Positions 23,382-36,269 of a stretch of DNA of 64,000 nt are shown here, in pieces. The stretch lies in contig JAWMAR010000077.1 of NCBI GenBank assembly GCA_036785375.1, positions 1,550,001 to 1,614,000 of the forward strand. The letters run 5' to 3'. The DNA comes from Leucoraja ocellata. Lineage: Eukaryota. The notes beneath the pieces were generated by a model that had not been told where the DNA came from, ran no database searches, and worked only from the letters and a program-made list of their open reading frames with translations. Every line of letters starts with the position of its first letter. Within the stretch, counting starts at the first letter, position 1. A program made the translations under genes and the position numbers.

Positions 23382-24269
23382 AATATGGTTTTATTCATCA
23401 CATTGCACATAAAGTGCAAGTGAAATTCATTCAAAATAAGGATACATTGGATACTCCTCCCTGCAGTTCATAAATTTCTTCTGCACCATTTCCAAAGTAT
23501 TTACATATCTCCAAAACTTGCTTGAAGAGATGAATGGCCTATTCCTGATAGTATTTTCTATGTTATTTTGAATTGCCCCATTCTCTCCAGAGACACTGCC
23601 TGTCCCCTGAATTACTCCAGCATTTTGTGTCTATCTTCCTAACTCTCTGATTTAGTGTTCCATGAACTCCTCTCACTTTTTGCTTGTGTTGTTTATATCC
23701 ATGTGAACCATTACTGTAGTTTACCACCTCCTTTAAAAACGCCCACAGCTGCACCAGGTTGGCAACCTACAATCTGAGTATCTTGTTTGTGGTCACAGAA
23801 ACTTCTGTCTCCTTCCCTTACAATTAAATCTCATCACTAGCTCTCCTAACCTCTCCGAATGTTTACAGGAAACTACCTTCAGTGCTGTAGCTCCACCCAG
23901 TGGTCATCAACCACTTGCTTTGCCTTTGAGTTAATCAGCTTGCATTACTCACAATATCCTGTAAGTTCCAATATGAATTCCATCTGCATTTCCCTGATTT
24001 CCCATGTAGCACAGGTGGGGTATATCATGGAGCTGAATTTTCCTGCCACCGATTACCTTTGAATTGTCTAGGTAATCTAGGTAAATTAGAGGCTGTAACT
24101 AATTATACTGGACAGTTTATTCCATTTAAGATATACTCTACTACAATTTGATGTCCCTTTCCCCATTGGCGGAAATCCCGGGGGGGACCAAGGGGGACGT
24201 GTCCCCTCCATCTTTTCAGAGGTGGGGGACGGCCCCCCACGCCCCCACATTACAAGCTTTGTAAGATAC

Positions 24270-27200
24270 GTGGGGAAGTAGCTATTCTTGAACCTGGTCG
24301 TTGCAGTCTTCAGGCTCCTGTGCCTTCTACCTGAAGGTATCGGGGAGATGACTGCGATAAATCCACTCGATGGAAGGAAGGTCAGAGCCGATGATGGACT
24401 GGGCAGTGTTTACTACTTTTTGAAGTATTTTCCTCTCCAGGGCGCTCAATTTGCCGAACCAAGCCACGATGCAACCGGTCAACATGCTCTCTACTGTGCA
24501 CCTGTAGAAGTTAGAGAGAGTCCTCCTTGACAAACCGACTCTCCATAATCTTCTCAGGAAGTAGAGGCGCTGATGTGCTTTTTTAATAATTGCATCAGTG
24601 TTCTCGGACCAGGAAAGATCTTCAGAGATGTGCATGCCCAGGAATTTGAAGCTCTTGACCCTTTCAACCATCGACCCGTTGGTATAAACGGGACTGTGGG
24701 TCCCCATCCTACTCCTTCCAAAGTCCACAATCAGTTCCTTGGTTTTGTTGGTGTTGAGGGCCAGGTTATTGTGCTGGCACCATATGGACAGTCGCTTGAT
24801 CTCTCTTCTATACTCTGACTCATCCCCATCAGTGATACATCCCACAACAGTGGTGTCGTCAGCGAACTTGATGATGGCGTTTGCACTATGACCAGCTATG
24901 CATTCATGTGTATAGAGTGAGTACAGCAGGGGGCTGAGCACGCAGCCTTGAGGTGCTCCCGTGCTGATTGTTATTGAGGCTGACACATTTCCACCAATAC
25001 GAACAGACTGTGGTCTGTGGATGTGGTTCTGGACTTTATAAACTCCACCATCAATAGTGTCACCTCCCTCAAACAGGTGACCATATACCCGAATCAGAAG
25101 CCATGGATGAACAGCGAGGTCAGGCTACTGCTGAAAGCACGGGACACCGCTTTCAGGTCAGGCGATGCTCGAGCCTACAGTTCATCCAGGGCTAACCTGA
25201 AGAGGGGCATCAGGAAGGCCAAGCACTGCCATAAGCTCAGGATTGAGGAGCACTTCAACAACAACTCCGACCCCCGACGCATGTGGCAAGGCATCCAGGC
25301 CATCACGGACTACAGACCCTCCAACATCACCCCCACATCCAGCGACGCCTCCTTCCTTGAGGAGCTGAATCACTTCTATGGCCGCTTCGACAGGGACAAT
25401 CTAGAGACAGCCATCAAGGCTGTGCTACCTGCCGATCACCAACCCCTCACACTCACCCCCTACGACGTGTACGTGGCACTGAGTAGGACTAATGCACGTA
25501 AGGCTGCTGGCCCTGACGGCATCCCCGGGCGCGTGCTCAGTGCCTGTGCTGCGCAGCTGACAGACGTCTGGACTGACACCTTCAACCTGTCACTTGCCCA
25601 AGCAGTTGTCCCCACTTGCCTTAAAGCCACCTCCATCGTGCCAGTGCCAAAACACTCCACTGCGGCAAGCCTCAACGACTTCCGCCCAGTTGCACTTACC
25701 CCCATCATCACCAAGTGCTTCGAGAGGCTGGTCCTGGCACACCTCAAAAGCTGCCTACCCCCCACACTGGATCCCTATCAGTTTGCCTATCGCAAGAACA
25801 GGAGTACGGAGGATGCCATCTCAACGGCACTTCACTCCGCCCTCTCCCACCTTGACAACAGAGACACTTATGTAAGAATGCTGTTCATCGATTACAGCTC
25901 AGCATTCAACACCATTATTCCATCAAAACTGATCACCAAACTCGGTAACCTGGGCATCGACCCCTCCCTCTGCAACTGGATACTGGACTTTCTAACCAAC
26001 AGACCCCAGTGTGAGGTTAGACAAGCACACCTCTTCAACCCTCACTCTGAACACCGGCGTTCCTCAGGGCTGTGTGCTGAGCCCCCTCCTCTACTCCCTC
26101 TTCACCTATGACTGCACACCTGTACATGGTACTAACACCATCATCAAGTATGCAGATGATACAACGGTGATTGGCCTCATCAGCAACAACGATGAGCTGG
26201 CCTACAGGGAGGAGGTCCAGCACTTAGCAGCATGGTGCGCTGACAACAACCTGGCCCTTAACTCCAAGAAGACCAAGGAGCTCATTGTAGACTTCAGGAA
26301 GTCCAGAGGCGGCACGCACACCCCCATCCACATTAACGGGACGGAGGTGGAACGTGTTTCTAGCTTCAGGTTCCTGGGAGTCAACATCTCCGATGACCTC
26401 TCTTGGACCCACAATACCTCTACTCTGATCAAGAAGGCTCATCAGCGTCTCTTCTTCCTGAGAAGACTGAAGAAGGTCCATCTGTCTCCTCAGATCCTGG
26501 TGAACTTCTACCGCTGCACCATCGAGAGCATCCTTACCAACTGCATCACAGTATGGTATGGCAACTGCTCTGTCTCCGACCGGAAGGCATTGCAGAGGGT
26601 GGTGAAAATTGCCCAACGCATCACCGGTTCCACGCTCCCCTCCATTGAGTCTGTCCAAAGCAAGCGCTGTCTGCGGAGGGCGCTCAGCATCGCCAAGGAC
26701 TGCTCTCACCCCAACCATGGACTGTTTACCCTCCTACCATCCGGGAGGCGCTACAGGTCTCTCCGCTGCCGAACCAGCAGGTCGAGGAACAGCTTCTTTC
26801 CGGCCGCTGTCACTCTACTAAACAACGTACCTCGGTGACTGCCAATCACCCCCCCCCCCCCGGACACTTATTATTTATTTTTTTTATTCAAAATCGTTTG
26901 CTATGTCGCTCTTCAAAGGAGATGCTAAATGCATTTCGTTGTCTCTGTACTGTACACTGACAATGACAATTAAAATTGAATCTGAATGAGGAAGTCGAGG
27001 ATCCAATTGCAGAGGGATGCACAGAGACCCAGTTCTGCGAGTTTGGTAACCAGCTTGGAGGGGATGATTGTGTTAAATGCCGAGCTGTAATCAATGAATA
27101 ACAGCCTGACATATGAGTTTTTGTTGTCCAAGTGGTCCAGAGCGGAGTGGAGAGCCAGCGAGATCGCATCCACCGTTGATCTGTTGTGGCGGTAAGCGAA

Positions 27201-28735
27201 CTGCAGTGGGTCCAGGTTTTTGTCAAGGTATGAGTTGATGTGCACCATGATCAGCCTCTCAAAGCACTTCATCACCACAGACGTTAGTGCCACTGGTCGA
27301 TAGTCATTGAGGCACGTCACCTTGCTCTTCTTGGGCACCGGTATTATTGATGCCCCTTTAAAGCAGGTGAGAGCCTCAGACCTCAGAAGTGAGAGGTTGA
27401 AAATGTCCGTAAAAACTCCAGCCAGTTGGTCCGCACAGGTTTTAAAACACACCCAGGCGCTTTTCGAGGGTTCATCCCTCTGAAGTATCTTCTGACATCG
27501 GCCTCTGTGACTGTGACCGAAATACCATCACGGCGAATGGGGGCTCGGGAAGGCACATCAGTGTTCTCGGTATCAAAGCGTGCGTAAAACGCATTGAGCT
27601 CGTCAGGGAGCTGCCTCCTGATTTTGCCTTGTAGGAGGTGATTGCATTCAGGCCCCGCCACAGCTGCCGAACATCCGCCTCATCCTCCAGCTTTGAGCAG
27701 AAGTCCCTTTTGGGCTTTATGGTGGCCTTACCAAGGTCATATCTGGATTTCTTGTAGACCTCTGCATCTCCATGCATAAATGCTCGGGATCTGGACTTCA
27801 GAAGAATGTGGAACTCATGGTTCATCCAAGGCTTCTGGTTAGGAAACACTCGGAAGGTTTTTGTTGGGATGCAGTCCTCCACTCATTTCTTAACGAAGTC
27901 TGTAGTGACTGTGGCGTATTCGTTCAGGCCCGTTGACGAGTCCCTGAACATTGCTCAGTCTACAGACTCCAAACAGTCTTGGAGTTGTTCCTCTGCCCCC
28001 CACCCCCCCTCCCCCCCAACCAGCTCTGTACAGTCCTCACCTCTGGGGGTGCACTCTTCAATTGCTGCCTGTAGGCAGGAAGCAGCAGTATGGTCGGATT
28101 TACCCAAGTAAGGGCGAGGGATAAAGCGATAGGTATCCTTGATGGTCATACAGCAGTGGTCGAGGGTGTTTGATCCTCTGGTACTGCAGGAGACATGTCG
28201 GTGGAAGTTAGGGAGCAATTTCTTAAGGTTGGCTTTGTTGAAGTTCCCGGCTATGGTGGTAAATCGTCTGGTGCTTGTTGACCACGGCGTGCAGCTCCCC
28301 CAGTGCCAGGCGGACGTCTGCCTGGGGAGGGATGTAGACCGCGGTCAGGGTGATGAAGGTGAATTCACTCGGTAGGTAGAAGGGACTGCACTTCACAGCC
28401 AGATGTTCAAGGTGTGGAGAGCAGGAGTTGGATAGGACTGCCACGTCTGAGCACCACGCAGAGTTGACCATGAGGCAGACGCCCCCTCCTCTCCCTTTCC
28501 CAGATGCCATTGTACGGTCCATGCGATGGATGGAGAAACCTTTAGGCTGGACTGCTGAGTTTGGGGAGCTGGGGGTGAGCCATGTCTCTGTGAACACAGA
28601 GCATTCCCTCAGCTCCCTTTGGTAAAGCAGCCTTGCTCCTAAGTCCTCCACTTTATTTTCAAGCAACTGTACATTGGCCAGGAGGATGGTAGGGAGAGGG
28701 AGTTAAAGTCTCCCGCGCTTCAGTCTTACCTGAAG
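24270..28735 (-). mobile_element. Rex1/Babar LINE (APE and RT, decayed), split by a nested insertion
   Basis: FTETW, GRGGGVC, VYIPP, SDH (APE); [34 protein letters not shown] (RT); the halves rejoin co-linearly with the + copy at 49800-49880. Confidence 0.92.
25020..26987 (+). mobile_element. Young 5'-truncated Rex1/Babar LINE of a different family, nested in opposite orientation
   Basis: ORFs 25017-26111 and 26011-26838 (single frameshift near 26010), KYADD; TTGAATCTGAAT tail. Confidence 0.93.
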
Positions 28736-28844
28736 TGGAGAGAGTTACAAAATTTAAAATAATAGGTGTTAATCTCTCACATGATCAGTCCTGTGCCCTA
28801 ACATAAATGTAATCATGACGGTGCATCAGTGTCACCACTCTTTC

Positions 28845-29460
28845 AGAACTTGAAAGAGTTCCAGCATATCAACAGATACTGACAAACCTCTGCATATCTA
28901 CAGTAGAAAGTATCTTGACTGGTTGAATCAAGGCATGGTATGAAAATTCCATTGCACGGGAACATAACAGAGAGTGGTGGCACAGCCTGGTCCATCATAG
29001 AAACAGCCCTTCCCACTTTCCCACCTCACGAAGGCAATATTTATCATCAAGAGTCCCTAAATCCAGCCATGCCCTCTTCTGGCTGCTTCCAACAGGCAGG
29101 AGGAACAGAAGTCCGATATCCCACACCAGCTGGTTCAGGAACGACTTCCATCAACTATCAGGTTCTTGAACCAGCCCGCAGAACCCTAATTTTACCACAG
29201 TAATGGAAACCTACAGAACACCTCTTGTACTATATTTGACTTGTTTTATTGTCCAGCTGTGTTTTGTACTAATGTCTTTAGTTTTTGCAGTATTTCTTTC
29301 TACTGCCTTTTTACCTACAGAATTTGTCTAATTTCATGTATAATTTGTTTTTGTGTATGTGAATGAGTCTATGTGACTGTGATGCTGCTGCATGCGTTTT
29401 TCATTTTACTGATGGCTTACCATATTTGTGCATACTGTATGACAATAAACTGATCTTGAC
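28845..29460 (+). mobile_element. Old Rex1 3' fragment
   Basis: TACAGTAGAAAGTATCTTGACTGGTTG...TTCAGGAACGACTTC...GACAATAAAC similar to the 3' part of 50360-50887. Confidence 0.6.
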
Positions 29461-29709
29461 GAGAGAAAAAAATGGCTTGGCAATGTGATATTGATTTTCC
29501 CCATTTACTCTCTCAAGTCAAGTCAAGATCATCGATCATTAAAGTAAACCAGTATGTTCATGTTCACAGAAGCATAATAATGTTAACAGATAAATACTAG
29601 ATGGAGATAAAATAATCATAATCTGACGTATTTCTGAACGGACAAATAAGCTCAAACTTCACAGAATTTCTTTGAAGAGATGGCAATATGGCAGAAAGAT
29701 GTGGAATCA

Positions 29710-30587
29710 AAGCATGGGAAAATGAATTTTATAACGAAAGATATTTGGGATGAAAGTCTACAACATATTCATCAATGCTCGTTAAATACCAGACATTCTT
29801 TAATACAATTTAAAGTACTACATAGACTGCATTATTCTAAAACAAAATTAAATAGAATTTTTCCAAATATCTCCCCTATCTGTGACAAATGTCAATATTC
29901 AGCAGCTAATTTAACTCATACTTTTGTAAATTGTATAAAAATTAAACATTTCTGGACGGATATTTTTTAAATTATTTCCGAAGTTATTAATATCCAATTC
30001 AATCCCGACCCAAAACTAATAATACTTGGAATATCAGTACAAAGCCTAAAACTTACAAGCCAAAGACATTTCCTTGATTATAGTATAATAATTGGGAAAA
30101 AACTAATATTAACATTTTGGAAAAACCCAACAACCCCCACAATTAAAATGTGGATTATGGAGATGTCGGAGACCTTACATTTGGAAAAAAATAGACTTGT
30201 CTTAATTGACAAACCAGAATTATTTGCTGGAATATGGTCTCCATTTATAGATTATTTGAAAGGGTAAATTGGTCCAGCACGGAAGCCAGACTGAAACTTA
30301 AATCCAGGATTAGATGAATAGTTATGTTTTATAACCCACGGACCTATCTCCTAAACTGTATTATTGGTAATTTATTCTATTTTTTTTAATTCTTTTTTTT
30401 CCCTTTCTTTCTATCTATAAATAAAAATAAACAATTAGAAGCAGTGTTAATATGTAATTGATAAATGAGGACCACAGCTATTTTGATAGCTGGGACCCCA
30501 GATACTAACAACATGTAATTGATAAACAAAGTTTTGGTTTTGATCATATGTATATGCTTCTAATAAAAAATATTATTAAAAAAAAAA
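29710..30587 (+). mobile_element. L1-clade LINE 3' fragment with poly(A) and 15-bp TSD
   Basis: IQFKVLHRLHYSK...CDKC...LTHTFVNC (ORF2 CCHC); AATAAA at 30562, A-tail; TSD AAAGATGTGGAATCA at 29695-29709 and 30585-30599. Confidence 0.9.
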
Positions 30588-31329
30588 GATGTGGAATCAG
30601 ATGTGGCATACAAAGACATTAATGGAGCTTTAGAGTCACAGCACAAGAAAATAGGCCCTTCAGCTTAACTCATCTGTGCCTACTCAGATGCCCCATCTAA
30701 GCTTGTCCCATTTTGCCCACTTTTGGCCAATATCCCCCTAATGCTTTTGCAAAGATTTCACACATTGGGGAAGCTTTGTCATTACGAAATTGAATTACTG
30801 AAGGGCAGTAAGTTGAATACAAGAGAAGAAACAGAGGAGAAATAAAATGACTGAGAATTGACAGCAATATCTCCTAAATGTTGGAACTTGGTAATGATAC
30901 TTGGTACTTGGTAATGATATCTCTGAAGGTTCTGTTGTGTAGTTCTTCATGTTTACTGAAACATCAATAATCTTCATATCAAGGTCAAATGAAGTAGCAT
31001 TGAGATATGTAAATGAAACCAAGACAGCAGATACAATTAATAAATCTGAAGAACAAAGGAAATTATTATCATGAAGATGTTTGAGACACTCTTGTTAATT
31101 TCCTAATTTCTGTCCCCTCTCCTGATTCACTGAAAAATGGTCAGTTTATGAAAAAGGCAAATTCTATCTAAATGTTTGGTAACATTTAAATTCATTATTG
31201 CACATGATGTATTCATTTCTTCTGCGAATAAAAGAAAATCAGATCCAATTCACACAGATTGTCGAATATTTATTTGCCACTGAATGTTCTACACAATCTA
31301 ATCAGTGTTTTTCCCCTGATTTTTCATAG

Positions 31330-31393
31330 ACTGATGCTCTTTAATGGCTGTTTGGTTGCAAAATGGAAAGATCAATGGGTTAAACGATTGAAG
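31330..31393 (+). CDS. SFRP4: SFRP4 exon 5 (64 nt)
   Basis: ttttcatag| ... |gtaagg; RLMLFNGCLVAKWKDQWVKRLK; phase 2-0 fits exons 4 and 6. Confidence 0.92.
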
Positions 31394-31976
31394 GTAAGGT
31401 ATGTGTACAGCGACAGTTCCAGTTAGAAATTCAACATCTTCCAATATTAGTTACAACATTGTGTAGCATTATCTCAATTTTAATATCACTACATAGTATT
31501 AAATCTACATAATTTACTAAGCAGTTCTTTGAATAATGTTTATTCACATTTTGCAGTTGTCTGATTATTTATTGTATTTACAGTATAGAAACAATGCATT
31601 TGGTCCAACATATCCATGCCAGTTTTTAGCATCCACATGAACTGTACAGACTATAGATTTCCTTTGCAGTCAGAGTCACAAATCACAGAACCAGGCACTT
31701 CAGCTCACCTTGTCCATACCACATATGAAGTTCCTACCTAATCCTTCCCTGGTAACTGAAACATTCCATTTCTGGCATGCATCCTGTGTGCCTTCTTCAC
31801 CATCCTGTCTGCCTGTGTTGCTATCTGCAGGCATCTTTGAACTCATGCACCAGGTACTTTGTTCCACAATGCATCCAAGGGCACTACCATTCATGATACA
31901 TATCCTACTCGTCTTAGACAAGTCCCAAACAAAAATACATCACACGCTCATGTGAATTAACTACCGTAATTAATTA

Positions 31977-32494
31977 CCGTATTTACCGGCAATGAAGACG
32001 CTATTTTTTACCAAGAAATAAGGCACAAAATTTTATCTGCGTCTTGGAGGCCTAAGGTTAGGTTGTTAGCCAAAAACGATAGACTTGGCTATCCCTCAGT
32101 ACAGCAACATCAAGAACGATGTTGCTGTACTGCCAAGTCTATCCCTCATTGCTGGCAGCTATTGGGAAGCGGCTGTAAAGTGGGAAGTGGCTGTAAAAGG
32201 ACAACGCCGCTGTTGGGGGGGGGGGGGGGAAGAGTTCCTTTCACAGCATGTGGTGAGTCTGCCAGCAACTCTTTCACTCACCGCTGCTGTGGCGCTCCGG
32301 GTGCGGAGCCACCTCATCGTGGCCAGGGAGGGAAGTAGCTCGGGTGGCTGCGAGCGGCCGCCGGGACCGGACAGCGGAACCTGTCTCCACCTCAGCGCCT
32401 TATTTTGGCCCGCCCACCAGCCACAGTGTCCATCGGCACAGACGCAACCGGCGCAGGTGGTGGTTGGCGGGTAGCTACTGCGAGGCTCCATCCC

Positions 32495-32529
<35 letters not shown>

Positions 32530-32813
32530 GTCCCGGGAGAGGGTGACCTGGGTGTTACAGCCAGTCCCGGGGCAGGCGACCTGGGAACTGCAGCCAGTCC
32601 TGGGTACGCGAGGGATCTGGGAACTGCAGCCAGTCCCGGCTACGTGAGGGATCTGGGAACTGCAGCCAGTCCCGGGGCACGCAGCCAATGTTGCCGACCC
32701 CTGGACTAAACCAAACCCTTGATCCTGTCCCGCCACCCTTTTCTCAAAATTTAGCAACTTAAATTGGGGATGTGTCTTCGACGCAGGTGTATCTTCATTG
32801 CCGGGAAATACGG
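31977..32813. mobile_element. Tc1/mariner-pogo type MITE with TA TSD
   Basis: TA|CCGTATTTACCGGCAATGAAGA ... TCTTCATTGCCGGGAAATACGG|TA; internal (CT)n and 33-36 bp tandem units at 32529-32690. Confidence 0.88.
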
Positions 32814-34967
32814 TAACTGGTCCAGAGGATTGGAGACCAGCCTATGTTGTAGGTTCTGGAAGCTTGGAGTGTGGCCAATATTGTTCCTTTGTTTAAGAAG
32901 AGAAGTAGCAATAATCCAGGTTGTTTTAGGCCGGTGAGCCTTATGTCAATGGTAGGGAAGCTATTGGAGAAAATTCTTTGGGATAGGAAAGTTTTACTTT
33001 TAAAAGACTTCCACTACTTGAATTTAGATTTATCTGTAAGTGGCAACCGTGGCGATGCTTGTCAGGTCCAGTTTATGTTGAAATTGGTCTTCCCCCATTT
33101 CAGACACTTAATTTCCTGACTATCATTATCTCTTTCCACAACTACTTTGAAACTCACTGTCAAGATCACTGTTGAATTTTGAAATCACAGTTCAAAATCA
33201 AAATGTGAAACTTTGAATTTGTTTATATTTCCTGCCACATCTGGTGAAACTGGCCATTCTGAAATATATGAGCATTTTATAAAGTGAAATTCTCTGCTCA
33301 CCTTCACTCCAAACAGCAAAACCTTCGGTACTGTACACATAATATTTTCAGTGATCATTCTACGTTATTCTGCTGTCTCACATAAAGAGATATTAAGACA
33401 AATAATGACTTGGTCAAAGGTGAAAACATTTCTGAAAGGGTGGGGAAAGATCGAGGGGGATCCATTGCTTGGGACCGATCAGGAATACACAGAGATCAGA
33501 ATATGAAGAAGACAGAGATGTTGCCTTTACATGTTCTCGAGAGATGCTGCCTGATCCGCTGAGTTACTCCATCACTTTGTGTCTTTACACAATATTCTGC
33601 ACTCTGTTTTCTCTTTTGTACAACCTGTTGTACTCATGTATGGTATGATCTGCCTGTACAGTATGCGAGTCAAAACTTTTCACTGCATCCCCGTACATGT
33701 AACAATAATAATCAATACCAATACAGGCTTCATTACTCTCTTCCCTGAATTTCATAGCTTCCATGACCTTCTCCAGAGTATGATAAATATTAACTTAAAA
33801 TCTTGCCCATCTCCTTTATCACACACACATTGATCTTTAAGGGGTCATAATCTCTCCCACGGACTGTAGGTATTGAGGAAATTACAGTGCAGTTGGGTGA
33901 CACGGAATAGATTTGACTTGTTTGGTAATGACATGAGTGGGAACTAAAGTGTAGTTGCCTAATCAACCAGCAGAGGTATCCTGCGATAGTTCTTGGTCAT
34001 TGGATATGGAATATTGCGTGACAAATTGCCTCAGTATGTGCAGAAATAGGTAAACCTCTTTGAACATCTTCCATTAGCTATATCTACCTTTACAGATGAA
34101 GGTGGGTGGGGTGTATTCATCTTACTTTTCGCCCTGTGGCTGAAGTGCCCTTTCTTCTCCAGCTTGATGACTTACACAGGAAAGACCAGTATGAAGTTCT
34201 TATGATGTGCCATTATTATGTGGAAAGATTTACAAATATAAACATTAGCAACAATCTTCATCTGCACCACAATTAATGCAGTACTTCTATCTGAAAACTC
34301 CAGAAACATTTGATCTTGCAGCCTAATCAAAAAACTATGTTTTTACCTTTGGATTTAGATTTATATTGACTGGCCATCCTCATTCTATTTTCTATAAAGC
34401 TGGAACCATTTGGAGCTGGAGCTCTTGCTGTCCATACTCTAACTCTGATTATAATCTTCACCGAGAAGCTGTATGCTTGCTGATCTACTGACTTCCAATT
34501 AAGAAATGCCTCATTAAAGATTTCCATGTTTATTTTTAGATCTCTCCATGACCATGACCTCCCTTCTCTGCAGTCCTATAACTTTCCAATATACATAGTT
34601 CCTTAATTTCCAGTTCTTACCTTCAAATGGTGGTCCTGAATATCAGAATACTACCCCCACCAAACAAAAAAATTCTTGCCTTTATTTTCACCTTTAAGGT
34701 TAAGGGTTTCAAATAATGAAATACTAAATTATTTCATTCAGTAGAGTCACGTTTGCCACAAAATTGCCAATTCCATTTCCAATCTGCACAGAATCATCAG
34801 CCATCAACAAGTAATCTGCCTTTTCCCAATATCCGAGTTCATCACTCAATAAAACAGAATTGAACAAGCTCCAGGAAGATGCTATCAATATTACCTGAAA
34901 TGCCTTTAAAATATTGGTGTTTGGGAAGGGAAAATATGAGGTTTAGAAGGCTTCTTATTTAAATGAA

Positions 34968-35135
34968 TGGCATAGTGGCACAGTGCTGCTATTTCACTGC
35001 TCCAGTGCAGTTTGGACATTATTTGTGTAATCACACGTGTTTTCCTGAGTGGTCCAGTTTTTCCCACATCACAAAGATGTGCTGGTTGGAGTTAATTGAT
35101 TACTGTAAATTATCCTCGGTGTAGGTCAGTGGTAG
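34968..35135 (+). mobile_element. Decayed tRNA-derived SINE (HE1/V-SINE-like); similar remnants at about 43050-43230 (+) and 58555-58680 (-)
   Basis: GGCATAGTGGCACAG...TTTTCCCACATCACAAAGATGTGC...TTAATTG..TACTGTAAATT core. Confidence 0.55.
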
Positions 35136-35458
35136 GAGAATCTGGATGGGAATGTAGGGGTGGGGAGAGGTGGGAGGTGTTGCAGAGCACAAGAAAGTGT
35201 AGGTTACAAAGAATTAAGGGGGGAAATAGAATTAATGGGCTTGTTCTGTGAGCTAGTATGGACTTTTTGGACCAAATTACCTCCTTTAATAGTGTAAAGA
35301 AACTTGAGTTTAGCATACCTAGCTACAAATGTTAGAGCTAGAATACCCAAACAGTTGTTTTCATTGTGATTATATCACATCACAGTTGCTATATATTTCA
35401 TAATAATTGGTGTCTCCCTGAAGCTTGTGTTACATTGTCTTGTTTTTGTGTTCATTAG

Positions 35459-35638
35459 CATTGGGAACAAAGATTAAACCAACAACAGCGATTGGGTGTT
35501 ACTCATGAGAGAAACCAAAATACTGGACACATTGAGCGAGGTGGTGATCCAAAGCTAAGGTCGAAGAACCGAAACCATGTTCCTGGCAAACCTGGTAAAA
35601 TAGCCAATAAAAACAAGAAGGAAGCCAAGAAACTATAA
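35459..35638 (+). CDS. SFRP4: SFRP4 exon 6 coding part (basic C-terminal tail, TAA stop)
   Basis: cattag|; HWEQRLNQQQR...PGKPGKIANKNKKEAKKL*; summed CDS 442+72+66+199+64+180 = 1023 nt = 340 aa plus stop. Confidence 0.9.
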   Translation, partial: HWEQRLNQQQRLGVTHERNQNTGHIERGGDPKLRSKNRNHVPGKPGKIANKNKKEAKKL

Positions 35639-36069
35639 ATTGGAAAGTTGATGCAGCTACAACTATCTTGTATTCTTGATATCAGACGTTGGCTTCAATA
35701 GCATGCAGCAAACTGTATTTACAAATGTCTGTATAGTATCAACAACATTGAATGTTTTGAATTTCATTATGCAGGCACTGCCAACCATAGTCATTGGTTT
35801 GCGCTACAATGTGGTGGGCATCTTTGATAACTCTCATATTTCAAAGCAAGGAAATATGTCTGAATAATTTATGTCCATCTTATATTCTTGAGAAATCCAC
35901 CTTGCTACTGCATAGTTGCTTGCTGCACTGCATGTTGACAATGTGCCATTTGTAAGTTTATCTCTATCTCTGAATTATTATTTTCCCTAACATAGATATA
36001 TTGCATTACTTATTTAAAATATTATTCTTCCAATTTGTCAGTTTAATATAAAAAAACTGATAGAATAAC

Positions 36070-36075
36070 AATAAA
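36070..36075 (+). terminator. Candidate SFRP4 polyadenylation signal
   Basis: First AATAAA seen after the stop codon, about 430 nt into an AT-rich 3' UTR. Confidence 0.4.
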
Positions 36076-36269
36076 TGAAAATACTGCAGATGCTGGAAAT
36101 CTGAAATAATAACTAAAATCTCTGGAAAAACTTAGTAGGTTGAAGACCATTCATAACTATTATGTTAGATTGTATGGTAGTTTCTGTATTTTTTAATTAA
36201 AATTAAATGTACAACATTTTGGAAAGTTCATGCCATTATTTTTATTTTATTTTCAATATTTAGAAGTTA

